Shown in pieces: positions 21,029-30,781 of a stretch of 58,995 bases of DNA. A program made the position numbers and the translations under genes. The DNA is from a bacterium (lineage in GTDB: Bacteria > Bacillota > Clostridia > Oscillospirales > CAG-272), in the NCBI GenBank assembly GCA_963642885.1, contig CAVIJI010000010.1, positions 4,958 through 63,952 of the forward strand, given 5' to 3'. The notes under the pieces were generated by a model. It was not told where the DNA came from, did not search any database, and worked only from the letters and a program-made list of their open reading frames with translations. How positions within the stretch are numbered: position 1 is the first letter of the stretch; every line of letters begins with the position of its first letter.

Positions 21029-21994
21029 ATGGGATTTTTTGATAAGCTTAAAGAAGGACTTAAGAAAACCAAAAGTGCGGTGTTCGGACAGGTAAACGAG
21101 GTAATAAAGAATTTCCGTAAGGTAGATGAAAGCCTTCTCGAGGAACTCGAGGAGATTATGATCTGTGCCGATATGGGTACGAACACCACGGAAAAGGTTA
21201 TCGAAGAGCTTCGTGACAAAATTAAAACGGATAATATTAAAAACGCCGATGATGTTAAAACCGCACTCTGCGATATACTCGTTAATCAGATAGGAGAAGG
21301 GGAAGAGCTTAACCTGTCTACGACTCCGTCCGTTATTCTTGTTATAGGTGTAAACGGTGTAGGTAAAACCACATCCATCGGAAAGATAGCATACAATCTG
21401 AAAAGAGAAGGTAAAAAGGTTGTAGTTGCCGCTGCGGATACATTCAGAGCCGCCGCGATAGATCAGCTCGCGGTATGGTGCGACAGAGCGGGAGTGGATC
21501 TTATCAAACAGAATGAAGGTGCCGATCCCGCATCGGTTGTTTATGATGCCATTGCCGCCGCAAACAAGCAAAAATCGGATGTGTTGATAATCGATACCGC
21601 CGGCAGACTTCATAATAAGAGTAATCTTATGAATGAGCTTGCCAAAATCAACAGAATAATAACGAGAGAATTGCCTGATGCCGCACGCGAAACACTCCTT
21701 GTTCTCGATTCCACAACCGGACAGAACGCGGTTATACAGGCGAAAAAGTTTAAGGAGACAGCCGATATTACGGGACTTATTCTGACTAAATTGGACGGAA
21801 CCGCAAAGGGCGGCGCAGTATTCTCGATAAAAGACGAAATAGATATACCTGTTAAATTTATCGGTGTCGGTGAAAAGATTGACGATATGCAGCCGTTTAA
21901 CGCGAAAATGTTTGTTGATGCACTGATGCAGGAAGATGAAAACAAAGAAAATTCATCCGAAAACAATGAGTCGGAGGAAGAAGATGATGAGTGA
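21029..21994 (+). CDS. ftsY: signal recognition particle receptor FtsY (NG domain only, acidic C-terminal tail)
   Basis: 321 aa. GVNGVGKTTS, DTAGRLH and TKLDGTAKGG motifs. Confidence 0.95.
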   Translation: MGFFDKLKEGLKKTKSAVFGQVNEVIKNFRKVDESLLEELEEIMICADMGTNTTEKVIEELRDKIKTDNIKNADDVKTALCDILVNQIGEGEELNLSTTPSVILVIGVNGVGKTTSIGKIAYNLKREGKKVVVAAADTFRAAAIDQLAVWCDRAGVDLIKQNEGADPASVVYDAIAAANKQKSDVLIIDTAGRLHNKSNLMNELAKINRIITRELPDAARETLLVLDSTTGQNAVIQAKKFKETADITGLILTKLDGTAKGGAVFSIKDEIDIPVKFIGVGEKIDDMQPFNAKMFVDALMQEDENKENSSENNESEEEDDE

Positions 21995-22664
21995 AATAGT
22001 ACTTGCGTCGAATAACAGGAAGAAAATAGCCGAACTGGAAACTTTACTTGAAAAATACGCGTCTAAAGGCATAACCGTAAAGACACTGCGTGAGATCGGC
22101 TATACCGACGAAATAATAGAAGACGGTGAATCATTCGAAGAAAACTCGCTTATAAAGGCTTCTGTCCCAGCAAAGCTCGGATATATCGGTATTGCGGATG
22201 ATTCGGGACTTTGTGTTGATTACCTTGACGGAAGACCGGGCGTATATTCCGCTCGATATTCGGGTGAAGGAGCTAATGATGAACGCAACTGTGAAAAGCT
22301 GCTCGGTGAGCTTGATGGCGTTCCCGTTGAAAAGCGCGGCGCGGAATTTGTTTGTACCGCATCGCTTGTGCTGCCGGAAAACTCTCCGTTTATCATACCC
22401 GAAGGCTATAGAATATCGAAGAAACTGTCGGAGAAATCCGGTATTCCGACAGAACGTGCAATGGTTGTTCGCGGTATCTGCAGGGGAGTTATCCTCACGG
22501 AAAAACACGGCAACAGCGGATTCGGATACGACCCCTTGTTTTATTTCCCGGAATTCAATGAGACTTTCGCCGAAATATCACAGGAAAAAAAGAATTCCGT
22601 GTCTCATCGCGGACGTGCAATGCGTGAATTTACGGAAAAGCTGACTAAAATCGTCACCCGATAA
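21984..22664 (+). CDS. rdgB: dITP/XTP pyrophosphatase (RdgB/Ham1 family)
   Basis: Start moved to the ATG at 21984 (MMSEIVLASNNRKK). The upstream part of the ORF overlaps ftsY. C-terminal SHRGRA motif. Confidence 0.85.
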   Translation: MMSEIVLASNNRKKIAELETLLEKYASKGITVKTLREIGYTDEIIEDGESFEENSLIKASVPAKLGYIGIADDSGLCVDYLDGRPGVYSARYSGEGANDERNCEKLLGELDGVPVEKRGAEFVCTASLVLPENSPFIIPEGYRISKKLSEKSGIPTERAMVVRGICRGVILTEKHGNSGFGYDPLFYFPEFNETFAEISQEKKNSVSHRGRAMREFTEKLTKIVTR

Positions 22665-22685
22665 AAAGGAGAATAGTGCTGTAAT

Positions 22686-22985
22686 ATGCTTAACAGTAAA
22701 CAGAGAGCGAAGCTTAAATCAATAGCATCCTCGGAAAACGCAATATTTCAGATAGGCAAGGGCGGAGTAGGAGAGGCTGCAGTAAAATCCATATCGGACG
22801 CACTTGAGGCAAGAGAGCTTGTAAAAATAAGTGTGCTTGATAATACGGATACCGACCCGCGTGAAGCTGCCGAGGAGATTGCCGACATGACATATTCTGA
22901 GGTCGTAACGGTAATCGGAAGAAAAATCATATTGTATAAGGAAGCGTCAAAACCCGAAAAGAGAAGGATTTCGACCTTAATATGA
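22686..22985 (+). CDS. yhbY: YhbY/CRS1-type ribosome-assembly RNA-binding protein
   Basis: 99 aa. QRAKLKSIAS...IFQIGKGGV...ELVKISVL pattern. Position before nadD. Confidence 0.85.
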   Translation: MLNSKQRAKLKSIASSENAIFQIGKGGVGEAAVKSISDALEARELVKISVLDNTDTDPREAAEEIADMTYSEVVTVIGRKIILYKEASKPEKRRISTLI

Positions 22986-23587
22986 AAAAAGAAAGAATCG
23001 GGCTTTTCGGCGGCACATTCGCACCGCCGCATAAAGGGCATATCCATGCGGTAAAGGCTATGCATGAGTTTCTCTCACCCGACAGAATAATAGTCATGCC
23101 GACGTATATTCCGCCTCATAAGCAAAAACTGAGCATTGACACACCGGAACAAAGACTGCGTATGTGCAAGGCGGCATTCGGAGGCATACCGCATACCGAG
23201 ATTTCGGATTATGAAATATCAAAGGGCGGTTTAAGCTATACCGCCATTACGCTCGAGCATTTGAAAACAAGCGAAAACGAAATATGCTTGCTGTGCGGAA
23301 GCGATATGTTTTTATCTCTTGAAAACTGGTATCATTCGGCTGAAATATTTTCTATGGCCGATGTTGCGGTAGTTCCGAGATTTAACGATGATATGGACAG
23401 TCTTTTGAGTAAAAAAACATATTACGAGCGGAAATATTCGTCCGAAATATCGATTATAGGAACGGATCCTACGGAAATGTCATCTACCGAAATCCGCGAC
23501 GCCGTGAAAAACGGTTTAAACCTTGACAAATATCTGACAAAAGAAGTTATAGAGATAATCGAAAAAGAAAAGTTGTATTTGCGGTAA
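22982..23587 (+). CDS. nadD: nicotinate-nucleotide adenylyltransferase
   Basis: 201 aa. GGTFAPPHKGH (HxGH) motif. ATGA overlap with yhbY. Confidence 0.9.
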   Translation: MKKERIGLFGGTFAPPHKGHIHAVKAMHEFLSPDRIIVMPTYIPPHKQKLSIDTPEQRLRMCKAAFGGIPHTEISDYEISKGGLSYTAITLEHLKTSENEICLLCGSDMFLSLENWYHSAEIFSMADVAVVPRFNDDMDSLLSKKTYYERKYSSEISIIGTDPTEMSSTEIRDAVKNGLNLDKYLTKEVIEIIEKEKLYLR

Positions 23588-24225
23588 TGAAAGAAATAAT
23601 ACTTGACGATGAAAAAATAAACAGACTCGAGGAGCTTGTAAAGCCGTATCTTACGGAAAAAAGATATGCGCATACGCTGTCTGTCATGAAAGAAGCCGTA
23701 AAACTCGGTAAAATATTGCTGCCCGATGAACCCGAAAAAATAAACAAGCTTGCCGCATCGGCATTGCTGCACGACATTACCAAAAAAGCAGATGCGAAAA
23801 GACAGTTGCAATACTGCGAGGAATTTGGTATAATTACAGATGAAAGTGAAATGTTTTCACCTGCGGTGTTTCATGCTATTACCGGAGCCGAGGTTGCGAG
23901 AAGAGATTTTTCGGATTTTGTCGATGATGAGATATTGGGCGGTGTCAGATGGCATACAACGGGCAGGGACGGTATGACAGTATTCGAGGCTGTAATATTT
24001 CTTGCCGATTACATTGAGGAAACACGTACTTTCGCTGACTGTATTGCCGTCAGAAAGTATTTTTACGACAGAATATACTCGTGTTCCGATAAAACAAAGG
24101 TTTTAAGGGATACGATGATATATGCCTTTGACTTAACGATTAAAGGTATAATAGAGGATGGCGGAGTGATAGACAGTCACACTGTCGCGGCAAGAAATTA
24201 CTTTATTATTTCCGATAAAAAATGA
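23587..24225 (+). CDS. yqeK: HD-domain protein YqeK (bis(5'-nucleosyl)-tetraphosphatase type)
   Basis: 212 aa. HTLSV...LLHDITK HD motif. Conserved position after nadD. Confidence 0.8.
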   Translation: MKEIILDDEKINRLEELVKPYLTEKRYAHTLSVMKEAVKLGKILLPDEPEKINKLAASALLHDITKKADAKRQLQYCEEFGIITDESEMFSPAVFHAITGAEVARRDFSDFVDDEILGGVRWHTTGRDGMTVFEAVIFLADYIEETRTFADCIAVRKYFYDRIYSCSDKTKVLRDTMIYAFDLTIKGIIEDGGVIDSHTVAARNYFIISDKK

Positions 24226-24254
24226 TACCGACCTTAGCGAAAGGCTGAATATAA

Positions 24255-25580
24255 ATGCAGAACAATAAAAAAAACTTGGACGATATATCCGCGTATTATC
24301 CGGACGGAGATTCGGAAAATATGGAGAAGGATGATTTAGAAGAAGAGTTTTTCAGTAAAAATCAAAAAAAGAAAAAGAAAATCAAAAAGAAAAACGCAAG
24401 ACTGACAAAGTCGCAGGTTGCGCTGATTGCGGTAATTTTAATAATCTACACTGTAATAATATTTACCGCCGCATGGTTGATATTCTATAAACCCACAAAG
24501 AGCAATAATGTAACCGAGCTGCCGTTTGAAACGGAGAAAGCCGAAACGTATGATGAGGATAATCCGCCTTTGAACGGAGGAAATTCCGCCGATAAAACAG
24601 AAAATAATACGGTTATAAAAGACGAGTACACCGAAAAGGAAGGCATATACAATATCTTGGTGGTAGGACATGACGACGAAGCCTCACTTGCCGATGTTAC
24701 CATGATAGTAAATGTTAACGAGAACAATAAGAGCATAACCGTAATGCAGTTCCCGAGAGATACATATGTGACAAGCGAATACGCGCCTTTGACCTGTCGT
24801 ATAAACAACGCTTTTAATACGTTCTACAGTCAGGCAATCTATAACGGGGACAGCGACCCGTATATGACCGCGATTGAAAATTACGAGGCAATGCTTGAAA
24901 AGAGCCTGTGCATTAATATCCAATTTTCGGTATTGATGGGCCTTGACGGATTCCGCGGTATCGTAGATGCGATGGGCGGTGTGGACGTATATGTTCCTGC
25001 GGATATGTATTATTCCGATCCCGAGCAGGATTTATATATAAGCATTCCCGCGGGATATCAGCATTTGAACGGCAGTGACGCCGAGGGATTCGTACGCTTC
25101 CGTTCGGGCTATTTGCAGGCCGATCTGGGAAGAGTAAACGCACAAAAAATATTCCTCACGGCTATGTTCAATAAGGTAAAAGAAACGGTGAAATCGGTAA
25201 ATGTTACTGCTTTGACTAACATAGCGAATGAAATATTCAAATGCGTTGATACCGATATGAGCATTTCCGATATCGTGTATTTCGCAAAGCTGTTCCTTAA
25301 TGTGGATTTATCGGGAATTAATATGATGACCATTCCCGGAAACATGGCAGGGCAGTATTACGTAATCAACCGTGCCTCGACTTTGAGCGTTATAAACGAA
25401 TATTATAATATTTATAATAAGGAAATAAGTGATTCCATATTTGATAAAAACTATATATTCTGCGAAACCGGTGCACAATACATTTGTGACGTGTATTTCG
25501 ATACCTCCGATGCAATATACGACGGAGTGCATAATGCGGAAGAAATCGATGACGAATCAATTTATATTCCAAGAACATAA
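24255..25580 (+). CDS. LCP (LytR-CpsA-Psr) family cell-wall glycopolymer transferase
   Basis: 441 aa. Lys-rich cytoplasmic tail, one TM helix, then NILVVGHDD...ADVTMIVNV...FPRDTYV LCP core. Confidence 0.8.
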   Translation: MQNNKKNLDDISAYYPDGDSENMEKDDLEEEFFSKNQKKKKKIKKKNARLTKSQVALIAVILIIYTVIIFTAAWLIFYKPTKSNNVTELPFETEKAETYDEDNPPLNGGNSADKTENNTVIKDEYTEKEGIYNILVVGHDDEASLADVTMIVNVNENNKSITVMQFPRDTYVTSEYAPLTCRINNAFNTFYSQAIYNGDSDPYMTAIENYEAMLEKSLCINIQFSVLMGLDGFRGIVDAMGGVDVYVPADMYYSDPEQDLYISIPAGYQHLNGSDAEGFVRFRSGYLQADLGRVNAQKIFLTAMFNKVKETVKSVNVTALTNIANEIFKCVDTDMSISDIVYFAKLFLNVDLSGINMMTIPGNMAGQYYVINRASTLSVINEYYNIYNKEISDSIFDKNYIFCETGAQYICDVYFDTSDAIYDGVHNAEEIDDESIYIPRT

Positions 25581-25600
25581 ACGAAAGGATTGGTGAACAT

Positions 25601-26017
25601 ATGGATACCGAAATCACAAAGCTTCCGATAGAAGAAAATTTAAACGCGGAAGAATTAAAAGAACCCGAGAAACTCGCGAAGTTTATTGTTTCAATCCTTG
25701 ACTCCAAAAGAGCAAAAGGAATAAAGCTTCTGCATGTTGAAAAGCAGACTGTAATAGCGGATTATTTTGTTATCTGTACAGGCAGCTCCAGAACACAGAT
25801 ACGCGCACTTGCGGACGAGGTTGAGTATAAGCTGTCACAATACGGAATCGCGCCGAGTCACTGCGAGGGCATGGATTCGGGTGTGTGGGTGCTTCAGGAT
25901 TTTAATTCCGTTATTGTACACATATTCACTTCCGACGGACGTGACTATTACAAGCTTGAAAAGCTTTATCAGGACACAACCGAAAGAGATATCGCGGAAC
26001 TTATTACCGAGGAGTAA
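25601..26017 (+). CDS. rsfS: ribosome silencing factor RsfS
   Basis: 138 aa. ADYFVICTGSSRTQIRALADEV and WVLQDFNSVIVHIF blocks. Confidence 0.9.
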   Translation: MDTEITKLPIEENLNAEELKEPEKLAKFIVSILDSKRAKGIKLLHVEKQTVIADYFVICTGSSRTQIRALADEVEYKLSQYGIAPSHCEGMDSGVWVLQDFNSVIVHIFTSDGRDYYKLEKLYQDTTERDIAELITEE

Positions 26018-26048
26018 ATAATATAACTATATTGTAAGGAAGATAATC

Positions 26049-28448
26049 ATGAGATACGATTTTGGCAAAATTGAGAAAAAATGGCAGGATAAGTGGGAAG
26101 AAGCGGGAATATTCAAAGCCACTGATGACTATTCCAAACCGAAATTCTACGGACTGGTAGAGTTTCCTTATCCGAGCGGTGCGGGAATGCATGTCGGACA
26201 TATAAAAGCTTATTCCGGACTTGAGGTTATTTCGCGTAAGAGAAGAATGGAAGGATATAATGTCCTTTTCCCGATTGGATTCGACGCGTTCGGACTTCCG
26301 ACAGAGAACTATGCCATCAAAACCAACACCCATCCGAGAATTGTTACGGACAAAAACATCCACAAGTTTACATCCCAGCTTAAGAGAGTAGGCTTTTCGT
26401 TCGATTGGTCGAGAGTTATCGATACAACCGAGGAAGACTATTACAAGTGGACACAGTGGATATTCCTGAAGATGTTTGATGCGGGACTTGTATTCCGCTC
26501 AAAAGCTCTTGTGAACTATTGTCCCCATTGTAAGGTTGTTTTGTCAAACGAGGACTCTCAGGGCGGCAAATGTGACATATGCCACAGTGATATTATTCAA
26601 AAATCCAAGGATGTTTGGTATCTCAGAATCACAGAGTATGCCGATAAGCTTCTCGACGGATTAAAGGATGTAGATTATCTCCCCAATATTAAGCTTCAGC
26701 AGGAAAACTGGATAGGTCGCTCCGAAGGTGCTTTCGTTAATTTCTCACTCTCGGGATGCGATGAGAAGCTCAGAATTTACACTACACGTTGCGACACCAT
26801 GTTCGGTGCTACATTTATGGTAATAGCTCCCGAACATCCCGTAATCGAAGCTTGCCGTGATAAAATAAAGAATATAGACGAGCTTGACAATTATAAAAAC
26901 GAATGTGCTAAGAAAACCGAATTCGAAAGAACACAGCTTACAAAAGATAAGACAGGTGTCAGAATCGACGGTATTACTGCGATAAATCCCGTGAACGGCA
27001 AAGAAATCCCGATTTACATTTCCGATTATGTTATGATGGGCTACGGTACGGGTGCAATCATGGCTGTTCCCGCGCATGATGACAGAGACTATGAGTTCGC
27101 AAAGAAATTCGGTATAGATATAATCGAGGTAATCAAAGGCGGAGATATTACCAAGGAAGCATACACAGGCGACGGCCCGATGGTAAACTCCGGATTCCTC
27201 AACGGAATCACTACCAAGAAAGAAGCAATTGCGAAGATGCTTGAATTCCTTGCCGAAAAGGGCATAGGAGAAAAAGGCGTACAGTATAAAATGAAGGACT
27301 GGGCTTTCAACCGTCAGAGATACTGGGGCGAGCCTATTCCGATTGTACATTGTCCTCATTGCGGTATGGTCGGTGTTCCGTATGATGAACTTCCGCTGAA
27401 ATTGCCCGATGTCGAAAATTTCGAACCCGGAGAAGGCGGCGAAAGCCCTCTCGCTAAAATAGATTCGTTTGTAAACTGCAAATGCCCGAAGTGCGGCGGA
27501 GACGCAAAGCGCGAAACAGATACGATGCCGCAGTGGGCAGGTTCATCGTGGTATTTTATCCGCTATTGCGATCCGCACAACGATAAGGGTGTAGCTTCCG
27601 AAGAGGCAATGAAATACTGGCTCCCCGTCGACTGGTATAACGGAGGCATGGAGCATGTTACCCGTCACCTTATTTATTCGAGATTCTGGTACAGCTTCCT
27701 TTATGATATAGGTGTTGTTCCCACAAAGGAACCCTATGCTAAGCGTACCGCACAGGGACTTATTCTCGGACCGGACGGCGAAAAGATGAGTAAGTCGAAG
27801 GGCAATGTAATTGACCCGAATGATGTTGTGGACGAGTACGGAGCGGACGTCCTCAGAGTTTATACACTCTTTATGGGAGATTATACATCATCGGCACCGT
27901 GGAACGACAACAGTGTTAAGGGCTGTAAGAGGTTCTTGGACAGAGTTGCCGGCCTTACGGATATGATATCCTCCGATAAGTCGGATAAGCTTGATATTGC
28001 GTTCAACAAAACCATTAAAAAGGTAACATCCGATATCGAAGAAATGAAGTTCAATACCGCAATCGCCGCAATGATGTCGCTTCTTAATGATATCTACGAT
28101 AACGGTTCTCTTACCAAGGATCAGTTGATTGATTTCATATCGATTCTTTGTCCGTTTGCACCCCATATTTGCGAAGAAATGTGGGAAAATGTCGGAGGAA
28201 GCGGATTCCTTTCGGTACACGCATGGCCGGGATATGATGACGCAAAGACGAAGGATAACGAAATCGAAATAGCGGTGCAGATATGCGGAAAGCTCAAGGG
28301 AACGATTACGGTAACACCGGACACAACGAAAGAGGAAGCAATCGCACTTGCACTTGCGGATGAGAAAATCAAACAGCTTCTTGAAGGCAAAACGGTTGTG
28401 AAGGAAATTTACATTCCCGGTAAAATAGTTAATATCGTAGCGAAATAA
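26049..28448 (+). CDS. leuS: leucine--tRNA ligase
   Basis: 799 aa. HIGH-type motif (GMHVGH), KMSKS present, editing domain. Confidence 0.95.
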   Translation: MRYDFGKIEKKWQDKWEEAGIFKATDDYSKPKFYGLVEFPYPSGAGMHVGHIKAYSGLEVISRKRRMEGYNVLFPIGFDAFGLPTENYAIKTNTHPRIVTDKNIHKFTSQLKRVGFSFDWSRVIDTTEEDYYKWTQWIFLKMFDAGLVFRSKALVNYCPHCKVVLSNEDSQGGKCDICHSDIIQKSKDVWYLRITEYADKLLDGLKDVDYLPNIKLQQENWIGRSEGAFVNFSLSGCDEKLRIYTTRCDTMFGATFMVIAPEHPVIEACRDKIKNIDELDNYKNECAKKTEFERTQLTKDKTGVRIDGITAINPVNGKEIPIYISDYVMMGYGTGAIMAVPAHDDRDYEFAKKFGIDIIEVIKGGDITKEAYTGDGPMVNSGFLNGITTKKEAIAKMLEFLAEKGIGEKGVQYKMKDWAFNRQRYWGEPIPIVHCPHCGMVGVPYDELPLKLPDVENFEPGEGGESPLAKIDSFVNCKCPKCGGDAKRETDTMPQWAGSSWYFIRYCDPHNDKGVASEEAMKYWLPVDWYNGGMEHVTRHLIYSRFWYSFLYDIGVVPTKEPYAKRTAQGLILGPDGEKMSKSKGNVIDPNDVVDEYGADVLRVYTLFMGDYTSSAPWNDNSVKGCKRFLDRVAGLTDMISSDKSDKLDIAFNKTIKKVTSDIEEMKFNTAIAAMMSLLNDIYDNGSLTKDQLIDFISILCPFAPHICEEMWENVGGSGFLSVHAWPGYDDAKTKDNEIEIAVQICGKLKGTITVTPDTTKEEAIALALADEKIKQLLEGKTVVKEIYIPGKIVNIVAK

Positions 28449-28486
28449 CTTGTAGATGCCGAAAGTGAAAATATTCGGATTCGGTA

Positions 28487-28515
28487 TTGACAAACAGCTT
28501 AAAATACGCTATAAT
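28487..28515 (+). promoter_or_regulatory. consensus promoter of rpsU
   Basis: TTGACA (28487-28492), 17-nt spacer, TATAAT (28510-28515). Confidence 0.7.
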
Positions 28516-28578
28516 AGCTAAGGGTAAAATATAAATTGTTTACCTTTGCTTATTGCGAAGGGAGGGAATAGAGAAAAG

Positions 28579-28755
28579 ATGGCAGAAATCAGAGTTAAAG
28601 AGAATGAATCGCTTGACAGTGCTCTTCGTCGTTTTAAGAGACAGTGCCAGCGTTCAGGCATTCAGGCCGAGCTTCGCAAGAGAGAATGCTATGAGAAGCC
28701 CAGCGTAAAGAGAAAGAAGAAGTCGGAAGCTGCAAGAAAGCGCAAGTATAAGTAA
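28579..28755 (+). CDS. rpsU: 30S ribosomal protein S21
   Basis: Start at the ATG at 28579 ([21 protein letters not shown]), after a GGGAGGGA RBS. 58 aa. Confidence 0.95.
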   Translation: MAEIRVKENESLDSALRRFKRQCQRSGIQAELRKRECYEKPSVKRKKKSEAARKRKYK

Positions 28756-28780
28756 TTCTTTCTTTAAACTATACAATATA

Positions 28781-28812
28781 AAGATCAATCTGAAATACGA
28801 TTGGTCTTTTTT
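28781..28812 (+). terminator. rho-independent terminator after rpsU
   Basis: Stem AAGATCAATC / GATTGGTCTT followed by TTTTTT. Confidence 0.75.
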
Positions 28813-28835
28813 GTTATTATATACTTAAATTCATA

Positions 28836-28864
28836 TTGACAAACATGATAATAGTTGTTATAAT
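28836..28864 (+). promoter_or_regulatory. consensus promoter of the oxidoreductase gene
   Basis: TTGACA (28836-28841), 17-nt spacer, TATAAT (28859-28864). Confidence 0.65.
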
Positions 28865-28914
28865 AACGACAGTAACGTTGTTCGTTAATTTAAATTTATG
28901 TAAGGAGTAGAAAA

Positions 28915-29916
28915 ATGGCAAAAATTAAAGCTGCGTTTATCGGTTGCGGCGGACGTAACGGAGTGCATCTTGACAAATGCATGGATATGGGAGATGTTGA
29001 ATTTGTAGGCTTCTGCGACGTTGTAGAAGAAAAAGCATATGCGTATGCTTCACGTACGAAAACCGATCCCGAAGGCAAGATTTTCAGAAACTATAAGGAT
29101 CTTCTTGAAAACACCAATCCCGAGGTTATTTTTATAGCTGTTCCTCCGCATCAGCACGGAGAAATCGAACCCGCTGTAATCGAAAAAGGAATTCCGTTCC
29201 TTGTTGAAAAGCCTATCGCGCTTGACATAAAGACAGCGGAATCAATCGGCGAAATGGTTAAGAAAAAGGACCTCATCACCGCTACCGGTTTCCAGGACAG
29301 ATATCAGAATCTCACTCAGATAATGAAAGACTACATCAAAGATAAAGAAGTAGGTCTTGTATCCGGTGCATGGTTCGGCGGAATCCCCGGTGTTGAATGG
29401 TGGAGAAGAATGGAAACATCAGGCGGTCAGGTAGTTGAACAGAATATTCATATCTTTGACCAGGCTCGTTTCCTGTTCGGCGAACCTCTGTACGTTAACT
29501 GTGCGGGTTCGAGAGGCATTGTTAAACCCGATGAATACGGTGTACCGGGATACAATGTACATGACTACTCTTCTGCCGTTATTAAATTTAAGAGCGGCGT
29601 AGTAGCTAATATATTCACGGGATGCTACGCACGTGCAGGCGGCGGAATGCAGAGCGGTATGAACATTTACTGTAAGGACGCTACACTCGAATATGCTCTC
29701 CGCAGCTGGCTGAAAATCAGAGACGTAAACGGTGAACAGTTCTACGAGAGAGGCGAAGAACAGACAGGCATTATGGACAAGATTTTCATTAATGCCGTTC
29801 GCACAGGCGACAGATCGAAGATACTGGCGGATTATGACAACGCTATTAAATCGCTCAGACTTTGCCTCGCATGCAATGAATCTATCGAAACAGGCAAAAC
29901 AGTATTCCTTGCATAA
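28915..29916 (+). CDS. Gfo/Idh/MocA family oxidoreductase
   Basis: 333 aa. N-terminal Rossmann fold (AAFIGCGGRNG) and the EKP motif (FLVEKPIA). Confidence 0.8.
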   Translation: MAKIKAAFIGCGGRNGVHLDKCMDMGDVEFVGFCDVVEEKAYAYASRTKTDPEGKIFRNYKDLLENTNPEVIFIAVPPHQHGEIEPAVIEKGIPFLVEKPIALDIKTAESIGEMVKKKDLITATGFQDRYQNLTQIMKDYIKDKEVGLVSGAWFGGIPGVEWWRRMETSGGQVVEQNIHIFDQARFLFGEPLYVNCAGSRGIVKPDEYGVPGYNVHDYSSAVIKFKSGVVANIFTGCYARAGGGMQSGMNIYCKDATLEYALRSWLKIRDVNGEQFYERGEEQTGIMDKIFINAVRTGDRSKILADYDNAIKSLRLCLACNESIETGKTVFLA

Positions 29917-29927
29917 AAAATAAAGAA

Positions 29928-29950
29928 AAATGCCGAATACAGCGGCATTT
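29928..29950 (+). terminator. small terminator-like hairpin
   Basis: Stem AAATGCCG / CGGCATTT with a 7-nt loop, flanked by A and T runs. Confidence 0.5.
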
Positions 29951-29979
29951 AATCGATAATCGGTATAAGATTAACAGAG

Positions 29980-30011
29980 AGCCGACCTGCCGTGTAGACG
30001 GTAGGTCGGCT
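29980..30011. other. strong 14-bp GC-rich hairpin with no U tract on either strand
   Basis: AGCCGACCTGCCGT-GTAG-ACGGTAGGTCGGCT. Confidence 0.6.
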
Positions 30012-30133
30012 TAATGTGTTGGGGCATTATTCGTTTGTTCAGTATGCAATAAAAGATGTTCCCCGATGTGCGGTATTCAATAATAAAAACATATTGAAAA
30101 ATATATCGGAATACAGTTTAAAAGGCGATAAAA

Positions 30134-30781
30134 ATGAGAAATATGATGCTTGTCGGTTTGTGCGGCGGAAGCGGTGCCGGAAAAGGCTATGTTGCGGAAA
30201 TGTTCGGTAAATACGGAATACCATCGATCGATACCGATGCTGTTTATAGAAAGCTTACCTCCCCGTCGTCGGAACCGTCTGACTGTATGAAGGCTTTGTG
30301 CGAGTATTTCGGAGAGGGGATTATGTCCGAGGATAACTCTTTGAACCGTGCGGAAATGCGTAAGCTGGTGTTCGGAGAGGAAAATAAGAAGAATCTTGAG
30401 GCTCTTAACAGAATATCTCACAAATTTATTCTCGATAGTACGCTGCGCATAGCCGAGGAATATAAAAACAACGGGTTTAACATTGTACTCATCGATGCAC
30501 CCGTTTTATATGAAAGCGGTTTCGATAAGCTGTGCGACAAGGTAATATGCGTAACAGCCGATGAAAAAAAACGGATTAAAAGGATTATCGAACGCGATAA
30601 CATAAGCGAAGAAGCAGCAGTAAAGCGTATTGCGTCGCAGACTTCGACAGTGGTTGCCGAGAAAAAAGCCGACTATGTGATAAAGAACAACGGGAACGAT
30701 GCCGAAATGATTTCGGAAATAGAAGATTGTGCGGCGGATTTGAGAAAATTGTATAGCAATAAAGAAAGTTTGAAAAAATGA
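30134..30781 (+). CDS. coaE: dephospho-CoA kinase
   Basis: 215 aa. P-loop GLCGGSGAGKG and the IDTDAV block. Confidence 0.85.
   Translation: MRNMMLVGLCGGSGAGKGYVAEMFGKYGIPSIDTDAVYRKLTSPSSEPSDCMKALCEYFGEGIMSEDNSLNRAEMRKLVFGEENKKNLEALNRISHKFILDSTLRIAEEYKNNGFNIVLIDAPVLYESGFDKLCDKVICVTADEKKRIKRIIERDNISEEAAVKRIASQTSTVVAEKKADYVIKNNGNDAEMISEIEDCAADLRKLYSNKESLKK

Noticed and set aside
21936-21983. N-terminal extension of rdgB (MKTKKIHPKTMSRRKK) overlapping ftsY
   Set aside because: The extension is read from the acidic-tail coding region of ftsY in another frame. Ham1 family proteins begin close to MxxIVLASNN, so the ATG at 21984 is used.
25500-26050. T-box riboswitch upstream of leuS, and likewise upstream of ilvE at 1-81
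   Set aside because: Only 31 nt separate rsfS and leuS, and only 81 nt of ilvE upstream sequence is visible. No specifier or T-box sequence could be recognised.
30016-30210. 64-aa ORF in the intergenic region before coaE, and its antisense partners at 30039-30224 and 30077-30421
   Set aside because: They have no RBS, overlap the coaE start and have implausible composition. The region is better explained by terminator hairpins plus the coaE 5' region.
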